Source: an uncultured Verrucomicrobiae bacterium (GTDB taxonomy: Bacteria; Verrucomicrobiota; Verrucomicrobiia; Chthoniobacterales; UBA10450). From it: a DNA stretch of 64,000 bases. Both the position numbers and the translations under genes were made by a program. The stretch covers positions 548,715-612,714 of the forward strand of contig CAVTUX010000005.1 in NCBI GenBank assembly GCA_963738045.1, read 5' to 3'. The first letter of the stretch is position 1; each line of letters opens with the position of its first letter. Shown here in pieces: positions 37,944 through 46,580 of the stretch. The notes under the pieces were generated by a model. It was not told the origin of the DNA, searched no databases, and was given only the letters and a program-made list of their open reading frames with translations.

Positions 37944-40562
37944 ATGGCGGACACGCCGACAGCCAGCCCGGACGAAATTCTGGCCCGCATCAAACGCGAG
38001 GACGAGAAGGCGGTACGCGGACGACTGAAGATCTTCTTCGGAATGTGTCCCGGGCGTGGGCAAAACCTTCGCCATGTTGCAGGCGGCGCGGGAAGCGCAA
38101 AAAGCCGGCCGTGAAGTCGTGCTCGGCGTAGTCGAGACGCACGGGCGCGCGGAGACCGAGGCTTTGCTCGATGGACTGCCGATCGTGCCGCGCGCGCAAC
38201 TCGAACACCGCGGCGCGCACTTTGGCGAAATGGATCTCGACGCGATTCTGCTTTGGCATCCGCAGATCGCCGTCGTTGACGAGCTGGCGCACAGCAACGC
38301 GCCCGGCTCGCGTCATCCCAAGCGCTACCAGGACGTGCTCGAGCTGCTCGCCGCCGGGATCGACGTTTTCACGACCGTCAACGTCCAGCACATCGAAAGC
38401 CGGCGCGATCCCGTGCAGCAAATTACCGGCGTGCTCGTCAGGGAAACCGTTCCCGATTCGGTTCTCGATCGCGGCGGACGAAATCGTCCTGATCGATCTC
38501 ACGCCAGAACAACTGCGCGCCCGACTGGCGGAAGGAAAAGTCTATCTCGGCGATACCGCGGCGAGAGCGTCGGCAAAATTTTTTTCGCGAGAGCAATCTC
38601 ACCGCCCTGCGCGAAATGGCTCTGCGCATCGTGGCCGAGCATGTCGATCGCGATCTGCGCGAGATCATGCAGGAAGAGCGGATCGCCGGTCCCTGGAAAA
38701 GCGGTCATCGTCTGCTCGTGGCGGTGCGCGGCGGTCCGACCTCGGAGAAACTGATTCGTTATGCCCGGCGACTGGCGGCCTCGATGGAGGCCTCGTGGAT
38801 CGTCGCCAATGTCGATACCGGGCGCGCTCTTGGCGAAAAGCACCAGGCGCAGCTCAATCGCGATCTTGCGCTCGCGCGCCAGCTCGGCGCCGAAGTCATT
38901 TCAACGCCCGGCACGCATGTCGGTGAAGCGCTTCTCCGCATCGCGCGTCAGCATAACGTGACCCAGTTCGTCCTCGGCAAACCGGTCAAGACGCGCTGGC
39001 CCTGGCAGCGCTCGTCGCCGATCGATTGGCTCGTGCGGCACAGCGGCGAGATCGACATCCAGATGATTCGCTCGGACGACCGTCCGATTGCGCGCCCGCG
39101 GATCGATTTGGCGGAGCTGCGCTGGCGCGAGTATGGCGTCGCACTCGCGATCGTCGCGGTCATGACTGGAATTTGCCTGACGATCTTTCCGTACATCGGC
39201 TACTGGGCGGTGGCCCTTCTTTATCTGCTCACGGTAACGGTGAGTGCCTTGCGTCTGCACCGCGGCCCGACTTTGCTCCTGACCGCGTTGAGCGCGGCGC
39301 TTTGGGACTTTCTCTTCATCCCGCCCCGCTTCACTTTTTACATTGGTCAGTTGCCGGACTTCATGATGTTTGGAGTCTATTTTGTCGTCGCGCTTGTCAT
39401 CGGGCATCTGGCGACGCAATTGCGCGAGCGCGAAGAAGTCGAGCGCCGCCGCGAAGCAAGAGCGACCGCGCTTTACCGGCTGACGCGTGCGCTGGCCACG
39501 AGCCGCGACCTGGCAGAGGCGCTGGGGGCGGTCGTTCTCTTAATCCGGGATACTTTCCATGCCGAGAGCGCGATTTATCTGCGCGGAGCAAACGGATTGA
39601 TTCCCCACGCGGCCGGTTCTCTGGCGACGACGGAGAAGGATGAGAGCGTGGCCGCCTGGGCCTTTCAAAAAAAAGAACCCGCCGGAATGGGGACCGACAC
39701 GCTGCCCGAATCTCGTGCACTGCATTTGCCATTGCTGGCAGGCGATCGGGCCGAGGGCGTCCTCGCGATCAAGTTGCCGTCGCTCCCTTCCCTCCAGCAA
39801 CGCGAGTTACTCGACGGCTTCGCGGCGCAACTCGCGCTTTATTTGTACAAAGAGCGCGCGCTCCAGGAAAGCCGCGAGGCACAGATGAACGCGCAATCAC
39901 AAAAATTGCAAAAAACGCTTTTTGATTCCGTTTCGCATGAGCTCAAGACGCCGCTCGCGGCGATGTCCGCGACACTGCAACAAGCCAATCCCGATTGCGC
40001 CGAATTGCGGCAGGCGGCAAGGCGCCTAACAAATACGGTGGACAACCTGTTGGACGCAACGCGACTCGAATCCGGGCTTCTCCAGCCAGTGCGGGAATGG
40101 TGCGAGCCGGGCGAGCTGTTGCGCGAGGCGGTCGAACAGGCCGGCCTCGAAGAGCGGGTCGTGGAGGTCGCGGCCAACGGCGATTTGCCGGAGATTTCAG
40201 TCGACGCAGGGCTGATCGAGCAGGCTTTGGTCGCCCTGCTCTCCAACTCTGCCAGCTACAGCCCTCCGCAAACGCCGATCGAGGCCGGCGTGAGCAGGGA
40301 GGACGAGGCGGTCGTCTTCCGTGTCGCGGATCACGGGCCAGGACTTGCCCCAGGGGAAGAAGAAAGGGTTTTCGAAAAATTTTATCGCGGCGCGGGAAAA
40401 CCGGCCGGTGGGCTCGGGCTTGGGCTGTCTATCGCGCGCCAGCTGGTCCAGGCCCACGGCGGTATTGTTATCGGCGAGAATCGCCCCGAGGGCGGAGCAC
40501 GATTTTCCATTCGCCTTCCGTTGGGCGAACCGATGAAGTTGCCGCCGGAAGCTGCCTCGTGA
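37944..40562 (+). pseudogene. kdpD: sensor kinase KdpD with three +1 frameshifts in the N-terminal KdpD domain (near 38055, 38473, 38573)
   Basis: Frame 0 from ATG 37944: MADTPTASPDEILARIKREDEKAVRGRLKIFFGMCPG. Next frame (ORF 38056..): VGKTFAMLQAAREAQ...VRETVPDSVLDR. Next frame (ORF 38171..): ADEIVLIDLTPEQLRARLAEGKVYLGDTAARAS. Back in frame 0 (ORF 38616..40562, open from about 38574): QNFFRESNLTALREMALRIVAEH... This order matches E. coli KdpD as I recall it. Confidence 0.85.
38616..40562 (+). CDS. kdpD: intact distal KdpD reading frame (USP-like, 4 TM, GAF, histidine kinase)
   Basis: 648-aa uninterrupted ORF. H-box SHELKTPLAAM, N/G boxes LLSNSASYSP and DHGPGL..GLGLGLSIA. It could be expressed from an internal start if the frameshifts are real. 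Confidence 0.8.
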   Translation: MALRIVAEHVDRDLREIMQEERIAGPWKSGHRLLVAVRGGPTSEKLIRYARRLAASMEASWIVANVDTGRALGEKHQAQLNRDLALARQLGAEVISTPGTHVGEALLRIARQHNVTQFVLGKPVKTRWPWQRSSPIDWLVRHSGEIDIQMIRSDDRPIARPRIDLAELRWREYGVALAIVAVMTGICLTIFPYIGYWAVALLYLLTVTVSALRLHRGPTLLLTALSAALWDFLFIPPRFTFYIGQLPDFMMFGVYFVVALVIGHLATQLREREEVERRREARATALYRLTRALATSRDLAEALGAVVLLIRDTFHAESAIYLRGANGLIPHAAGSLATTEKDESVAAWAFQKKEPAGMGTDTLPESRALHLPLLAGDRAEGVLAIKLPSLPSLQQRELLDGFAAQLALYLYKERALQESREAQMNAQSQKLQKTLFDSVSHELKTPLAAMSATLQQANPDCAELRQAARRLTNTVDNLLDATRLESGLLQPVREWCEPGELLREAVEQAGLEERVVEVAANGDLPEISVDAGLIEQALVALLSNSASYSPPQTPIEAGVSREDEAVVFRVADHGPGLAPGEEERVFEKFYRGAGKPAGGLGLGLSIARQLVQAHGGIVIGENRPEGGARFSIRLPLGEPMKLPPEAAS

Positions 40563-41245
40563 AACCGGTCGCATTGATCATCGATGACGAGTTGCAGATT
40601 CGCCGCCTGCTCCGCGTCGTGCTGGAGGGCGATGGCTACGACGTGCGCGAGGCCGAGACGGGAGAATCCGGTCTGGTCGAAGCGGCCACGCGACGGCCGG
40701 AGGTGATTCTGCTCGATCTCGGTTTGCCGGATCGGGACGGACTCGAAGTGCTGAAACAGCTGCGCGAATGGAGTGAGACGCCGGTCCTCATCCTTTCGGT
40801 CCGCGACGACGAAGCGCGCAAGGTCGCGGCGCTGGACGCCGGCGCAGAGGATTACGTCACAAAGCCATTCAGCACGCCGGAATTGTTGGCACGGCTCCGG
40901 GCGGCTCAACGCAAGATGCGGCCAGCCGATGAAGTCTCGGTTTTTCACCATGGCGATCTGACCGTCGACCTCACGGCCCGGTTAGTGTCGCGTGGCGGGC
41001 GCGAAATCAAGCTGACCGCGACGGAGTATGCGCTCCTTCGATTGCTCGTGAAACACGGCGGGCGAGTCCTGACCCATCGCCACATCCTGCGCGAAATCTG
41101 GGGGCCGAAATCTGAGGAGCATCGCGAGTATTTGCGGGTCTACCTCACACATCTCCGACAGAAGATCGAGCCCGACCCAACGAGGCCGACAATTATCAAA
41201 ACGGAACCGGGCATCGGCTATCGTCTCACGCTTCCCGCAGCATAA
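40559..41245 (+). CDS. kdpE: response regulator KdpE (OmpR family)
   Basis: GTG 40559 overlaps the kdpD stop (GTGA). Receiver domain (ALIIDDE...ILLDLGLPD...KPF) plus a winged-helix domain (LTATEYALLRLL...GYRL). Confidence 0.92.
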   Translation: MKPVALIIDDELQIRRLLRVVLEGDGYDVREAETGESGLVEAATRRPEVILLDLGLPDRDGLEVLKQLREWSETPVLILSVRDDEARKVAALDAGAEDYVTKPFSTPELLARLRAAQRKMRPADEVSVFHHGDLTVDLTARLVSRGGREIKLTATEYALLRLLVKHGGRVLTHRHILREIWGPKSEEHREYLRVYLTHLRQKIEPDPTRPTIIKTEPGIGYRLTLPAA

Positions 41246-41311
41246 GTCCGGCTTCCGGAAACGCCGCGCCTGTCCGCCCCGTCTTCTTGACTTCCCGCCC
41301 CCGCCATCTGA

Positions 41312-41472
41312 CGATGCGCTCAGTTCTTTGTTCCGCTAAATGGTTCCGCAAGTGCAGGATCAACGGGGGACCCAACTGCCATCTGTGAACTGGGATGGAT
41401 CGGGGCGAACGATGCGCGACATCGAGAGCATTTAATGGCTCCAGCCCGACAGCTAACCTCGTCAGCGTCATT
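41312..41472 (+). promoter_or_regulatory. candidate c-di-AMP riboswitch (ydaO/kimA class)
   Basis: CGCUAAAU...ACGGGGGACCCAAC-hairpin(CCAUC/GAUGG)-GGGGCGAACG-hairpin-...AGCCCGACAGCUAACCUCGUCAGCG follows the order of ydaO-motif blocks as I remember them from B. subtilis (CGCUUAAUC..GCGGGGGACCCA..GGGGUGAAUCC..CCGUCAGCUAACCUCGUAAGCG). It lies 55 nt upstream of a KimA-like permease. The second half-site (UAAUGGCUCC versus UAGGGnnACC) is poorly conserved. Confidence 0.55.
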
Positions 41473-41526
41473 AAAGTCCAGCAAGGGTTTCGTCGCGCGG
41501 GACCGCTTTAGTTTCTTTCGAAGTTT

Positions 41527-43338
41527 TTGATACCGACTAACGTTAGGCGACCGCGCAACGTGGATGTGCCACGCGCAGCCGCGATCCTTTACGGCGACTG
41601 GGGCACGAGCAAAGCCTATGTCATCGGCCTCGCCTTTGCCGTTGGCGGTTATGCCTCGTTCTGGCTCATCGTCGCGATGTGCGTCCTCACCATGCTGGTG
41701 GGAATCAATTACATCATCGTTTGCCGGCTCTATCCGGAAGGCGGCGGGGTTTACGCCAGCGTTCGCCATCGCTCGCGAGGTCATCTCGATCGTCGGCGCA
41801 TTTTTGCTCATCGCGGATTACCTGGTGACGGCGGCGATCAGCTCGCTTTCGGCTTTCCAATACCTCGGCGTTCCGCATCCGGAGAAGTTTGCTGCTTTGG
41901 CGATCCTCGTCATCGGGTTGCTCAACTTGCTCGGTCCCAAACACACCGGCGGTCTTGCTTTTCTCATCTCGGTGCCGACTGCCCTTGTCGTCATCACGCT
42001 CGCTGCCTTCAGCGTCCCACACCTCGGCACGGCGATTGGAAATGTTCGGCCGCTGGTCGGCGGTTTCTGGAACGATTGGAGCGGTTTCGTAGCGATCGTG
42101 CTCGCGCTTTCGGGTGTGGAAGCGATTGCGAACGCGACCGGCGTCATGCGGCTCGATCCGGGCAGCACCGAGGAGCACCCTTCCGTCACCAAGACTTCCA
42201 CGCCCGGCGCTGCTCTGGGTGATGGTCGAAGTTTGCTTTTTCACCGCGCTCCTCGGTTTGGCGATGCATGCTTTGCCCGGTCTGCAGGTGGTAAACGGCG
42301 AGGTCAATGCTCCGGGCGCCCACGGCGTACGCGATTACATGCTCCGCTACATGGGACAGACTTTTGTCGGTGGCGCGCTTGGCCCGGCTTTGGGTAACGC
42401 CTTTGCGCTCATCGTGAGCGTCGTCTTCGGTTGTCTTCTGCTTTCGGCCGTCAACACCTCCATCGTGGCCCTGATCACGATTCAGTTCCTCATGGCGCGC
42501 GATCGCGAGATGCCGAGGATTTTCCAGCATCTCAACAAATGGGGCGTTCCGAATTTCGGCATGTTGCTCGCCACCCTCGTGCCGATCGCACTTGTCCTCG
42601 TGGTCCGCGACATCGCCGGGCTGGCCGAGTTGTATGCGGTCGGCGTCGTAGGCGCGATCGCGACCAATCTCGGCGCGACGGCGACCGACCGGACGAAGGA
42701 GATGAAGACCTGGGAACGTACCCTCATGTTCGGTACCTTCATCGTCATGGCGGCGATCGAGATCTCGCTCTTCATCGACAAACCGAATGCGCGCTACTTC
42801 GTCGTTACCATCCTCGCCGTCGGACTGATCCTGCGAGGACTGGTGCAGGAAAGCCGGCTGAAAAAAGAAGCTACGCTCGAGCCCGAGACTTTGCCCGTGC
42901 AAGTCGCTAAGGGCGAGTACGGCGGCGCCGGGCGACGGCGAGGTCATGCTCTGCGCCATTCGCGGCCCCGGGCGTACACTCGACTTCGCCTTGCGCGAAG
43001 CGTGCGAAACCGGTCGCCGGCTTTATCTTCTTTTCGTGCGTGAGCAGCGCTTCATGACGGAGCAGGACGCGAAACGTAAATGGCAGGAAGACCCGGAAGC
43101 ACGCGTAATTTTCGAAGACGCCAGAGCCCGTTCGCCGGATTGTCCGCCGCTCTTCTGCTACGCGGTGAGCGACTCCGCCTCGCAGACCATCGTCGATATC
43201 GCGGCGACGTTAGGCGCGTCCCGTCTCATCCTTGGCGCGCCCGGTCGCCACGCCATGGTAAACCTTCTGCGTGGCAATCTGGTCCGCGAGGTCTCCGCCA
43301 TGCTGCCCGAAGAGATCGACCTGCTGGTCTACGCCTGA
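41527..43338 (+). pseudogene. APC-superfamily KimA-like (putative K+) permease with C-terminal USP domain, paralog 1, three +1 frameshifts (near 41779, 42206, 42930)
   Basis: ORFs 41527.., 41564.., 42114.. and 42946..43338 in successive frames together align end to end with the intact paralog at 49342-51171 (LYGDWGTSKAYVIG, YPEGGGVYAS, LSGVEAIANATGVM, SAVNTSIVAL, USP tail ILGAPGRHAMVNLLRGN). Confidence 0.8.
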
Positions 43339-43417
43339 CCCATCCCCCAGTTCTAAATTGGCCGGTCAAATTTCCGCCCACGATAGACTTTGGCGGACGC
43401 GTCGTGCGGTTCGCAGG

Positions 43418-44305
43418 CTAAAGACCGTAACGAAGCGGCCAGCGCTGCGCCGCTCCGCCCAGGCTCGCAGCGCACGCCCTTAGTTCATCGGCAAAGAATC
43501 TCGCCAGATGGGCTCGCACCTCGTCGGTCAGGTGGAGTTTTTCCTCCGTCACGCCGCATGCTTGCTCCGGCCGTATTTGGTCGTTCGTCTTCTCCGGGTC
43601 GCCCCCAAGAAAAGTAACAATCCTACGATGAAGGTCGACGGGATCCCTCCGTAAGTCGTCGAAGAAAAAGACGTGGAATTGCTCCTGCGGGACGCGCCGA
43701 CGCCAGCGTTCCACGATCATGCTCGGATACGAGCGCATCAAAACGAGCGGGTGGCGAATTTGCCGCAAGACTTCTTTCGATTGCGTCGCGTCGAAAGGCG
43801 CCAAGCCTCCGGTTCGGACCCCGAGCGAGAGTTGCGACCAGGCGCGCTCGACTGGATCGCGCGCGAAAAAGAGGACCTTCAGCGTCGGGAACTGGCGCAT
43901 GACCATGTGGATGATTTCATCCGGCAGCATGCAATACGCGGGAGTGATGTCGCCGGAAAGGAGCGATCCTTTGGCGGAAAAAAGCTGACCATAGCCTTCA
44001 AGGTCGAGCCAGGGTCGCTCCCCGAGTTTCCCGAATTTCTCGAGAAAGCGCGTGTCACGCCCGTCCCGACGGCGCAACCGGCGTTTGAACGGGGTGTGCC
44101 CACGCTCGTTGAGATAATGGAGTTCCTTCCGCGGCGGCATCCAGAAGTCCGGATGCGATGCCAGCTGTTCGTAGAGCCACGTGGTGCCGGCTTTCTGTGC
44201 GCCGATGCAAAGAAAGTCTGGTCCCGCGCCAGGAACAATCGGGTCGGAAGGTACTGGTGCAGATGGTTGTGCGACCCGGCGGGGCAGTGGTAACGGGAAT
44301 CTCAT
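43418..44305 (-). CDS. sulfotransferase family protein
   Basis: 295 aa. 5'-PSB FLCIGAQKAGTTWL and 3'-PB FFARDPVERAWSQ. Confidence 0.85.
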   Translation of the reverse strand: MRFPLPLPRRVAQPSAPVPSDPIVPGAGPDFLCIGAQKAGTTWLYEQLASHPDFWMPPRKELHYLNERGHTPFKRRLRRRDGRDTRFLEKFGKLGERPWLDLEGYGQLFSAKGSLLSGDITPAYCMLPDEIIHMVMRQFPTLKVLFFARDPVERAWSQLSLGVRTGGLAPFDATQSKEVLRQIRHPLVLMRSYPSMIVERWRRRVPQEQFHVFFFDDLRRDPVDLHRRIVTFLGGDPEKTNDQIRPEQACGVTEEKLHLTDEVRAHLARFFADELRACAASLGGAAQRWPLRYGL

Positions 44306-44539
44306 CGGTGAGCTCCCGGAAACTGAAATGAAGAAGGGTAAGGCGCTTCAGTCGTTTGCAGCGACGAGAGCGACTGATTCTTCACCGGATCGACACTATT
44401 CTGTTAGATTCATGTAATGCAAGGTTTTCCAAAAGGACAAATTGAGCCCGGAGACCCCGCGACCAATCCGAGCGGTGTCGCATGGACTCGGGCAGGAAAG
44501 CGAACGACACGTGGCTTCGGCTACGATGGAAGAAACGAG

Positions 44540-44772
44540 CGAGATGGGACGATCCGTACAGACTTGGAACGTTTCGTTTGGGCGCGGGAAGGCGAATACC
44601 AGCTGGCGCTCGCCGAAATTAGGAACGGCCGCAAACAGTCGCACTAAATGTGGTACGTTTTCCCAAGATCGAAGGATTGGGATTCGGGGTCGCGCCGCAG
44701 CAGAGCTACGCGATCAAGGGCGTCGCGGAAGGCCAGGTCTTGCTCGGGAACGAATTTGCAACGTCTTTCCCA
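44540..44772 (+). pseudogene. DUF1810-family gene remnant (in-frame TAA, a -1 shift, and truncation)
   Basis: DLERFVWAREGEYQLALAEIRNGRKQSH*MWYVFP / KIEGLGFG..YAIKG parallels the intact copy at 46012-46497 (NLERFVRAQESDYERALSEIRNGRKRSHWMWYIFPQIDGLGFS..YAIKS). It ends where the cupin gene starts. Confidence 0.6.
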
Positions 44773-44773
44773 G

Positions 44774-45127
44774 ATGGAAGTTCGCAATCTGGAGGAGCAG
44801 CAGCCGTTCACGACGGCGGATGGCTCGATCATTCGCAGCATTCTCGACCGGGCCAACGCGCCGGTGCAACAGCAGAGCCTGGCCGAGGCCAGTCTGTCGG
44901 CCGGTCAGGCGACTCAACGGCATCATCACAAACGAACGGAGGAAATCTATTTCATCCTGGAAGGCCGAGCGGAGATGGAGGTCGATGGGGAGACGCGCGC
45001 GGTCGCCCCGGGCGATGCGATCCTCTTGCCGCCGGGCGCGTGGCATGTCATTCTGGCACAGACGCGGTTGCGCTTCCTCTGTGCCTGCGCGCCGCCGTAT
45101 TCGCACGACGACACCTATTTCGAATAG
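44774..45127 (+). CDS. cupin domain protein
   Basis: ATG 44774 within ORF 44648..45127. Cupin motifs HHHKRTEEIYFILEG and GDAILLPPGAWH. Confidence 0.75.
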   Translation: MEVRNLEEQQPFTTADGSIIRSILDRANAPVQQQSLAEASLSAGQATQRHHHKRTEEIYFILEGRAEMEVDGETRAVAPGDAILLPPGAWHVILAQTRLRFLCACAPPYSHDDTYFE

Positions 45128-45243
45128 CACGAGTCCGGCCCATCTCGCTCTTTGCGCAACTGTTTGCCAAAATGTGCCGTGGCGAATCAGCCCCAAGAGA
45201 GTCGTCACGAAAGTCGCCCGCGAGCTTGTGCGGCACGGCCTGT

Positions 45244-45852
45244 CTAATGGAGGCGGGCCAACTGCGTGTGCGGATTTTCGCCCGTGAAGGTTGTGCCGCC
45301 GGTTGGGGGTCGACGACGGTTCCACAAGTCGACGAGCCGGATCCTCGTGGACGCGGCGTTCGCGCGACTAACAAGGTAGTCGGGATCGATTGCAAGTTGT
45401 CGTGCCAATTCATCCCAGGTCTGAGTCCTTGCTCTCATGGCAATAATGTGGGCGAAGCTTCCCCCGCTCTTGGCGGCGAGCGTATGTGCGATCAAGAGTT
45501 CACCGTAGCTCAGGTTCGTTGCGGCTTGTTGCTCGACAAGGGTATTAATGGGCGTCTCGGTCAGCCAGGAAACGGCCGCAGGCACCAATCCGAAACCTTT
45601 CACCGGCAACATGCCCAGCCCATCGAGTGAATCGACGGCTTGGCGAAGCTTCGGGTCTTCCTTCCCCATCGTCTTGGCCCGGATATTTGTCAGGTAACTA
45701 CTGGTATAGCCGGCACCAAGGAGAGTGCCCACCTTCGCCTCAATCCAAATCTCAATATCATGGTGCTTGGACGATCGCGAGCCTTGCGTTTGACCAGCTA
45801 AGCTGGAGAGCAGCATGAAAAACCCGAGCACGACAATGAGCTGAATCTTCAT
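45244..45852 (-). CDS. secreted hypothetical protein
   Basis: ORF 45244..45906. ATG 45852 gives MKIQLIVVLGFFMLLSSLAGQ, a signal peptide. No domain recognised. Confidence 0.6.
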   Translation of the reverse strand: MKIQLIVVLGFFMLLSSLAGQTQGSRSSKHHDIEIWIEAKVGTLLGAGYTSSYLTNIRAKTMGKEDPKLRQAVDSLDGLGMLPVKGFGLVPAAVSWLTETPINTLVEQQAATNLSYGELLIAHTLAAKSGGSFAHIIAMRARTQTWDELARQLAIDPDYLVSRANAASTRIRLVDLWNRRRPPTGGTTFTGENPHTQLARLH

Positions 45853-46011
45853 CGATTTATGGGCGGCCGCCGGGTGCTCCCTTTTTGCGGGATAAAACTG
45901 TTTCATACCTATTAATGCAATGACGGGCCGGTAATTGGCTCATTCTCCGGCGAGATTTCGGCTCGCCTGCAAAGCGCATCTGCGCGACTGGAGTTTTTTC
46001 GCGACCAAGAT

Positions 46012-46497
46012 GTGGACTGCGGGAACGCAAACGATGTATTACCTTCGGTAGAGGTGAAAGACTCCGGCGAGGTAGATGATCCGTTCAACTTGGAGCGCTT
46101 TGTTCGCGCGCAGGAAAGCGATTACGAGCGGGCGCTCTCCGAGATCAGGAACGGCCGGAAGCGGTCGCATTGGATGTGGTACATCTTTCCGCAGATCGAC
46201 GGGTTGGGATTTAGCGAAATGTCGCGGCGATACGCGATCAAGAGCCCAGCGGAGGCGAGGGCCTACCTCGATCACACGGTTCTTGGTCCGCGGCTGATGG
46301 CTTGCGTCGAGGCATTGCTCAGTCTCGACGATCGCTCGGCGGAGGAGATCTTCGGATTCCCGGACGACAAGAAATTGCGGTCCTCTGCCACCCTGTTCGC
46401 CTCGGTGTCGCCTCCGGATTCCGTTTTCCATCGATTACTCGCCAATTACTTCCAAGGCGAGCGCGATCCGGCGACGCTTCGACGGCTGCCGGTATGA
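46012..46497 (+). CDS. DUF1810 family protein
   Basis: 161 aa. DPFNLERFVRAQ...RSHWMWYIFPQ..GLG.S is characteristic of DUF1810. Start uncertain (GTG 46012). Confidence 0.8.
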   Translation: MDCGNANDVLPSVEVKDSGEVDDPFNLERFVRAQESDYERALSEIRNGRKRSHWMWYIFPQIDGLGFSEMSRRYAIKSPAEARAYLDHTVLGPRLMACVEALLSLDDRSAEEIFGFPDDKKLRSSATLFASVSPPDSVFHRLLANYFQGERDPATLRRLPV

Positions 46498-46580
46498 CAG
46501 GACCCGCAGGACAATCGAAGACCGGCGCGCAGTCAGGATGTCGGTAACGGTTGCCTTCGATACACGTGTAGCCAGCTTTG

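Noticed and set aside
38473-38573. Exactly 100 nt between kdpD frameshifts 2 and 3
   Set aside because: Other inter-site distances (418, 427, 724 nt) show no periodicity, so I treated it as coincidence.
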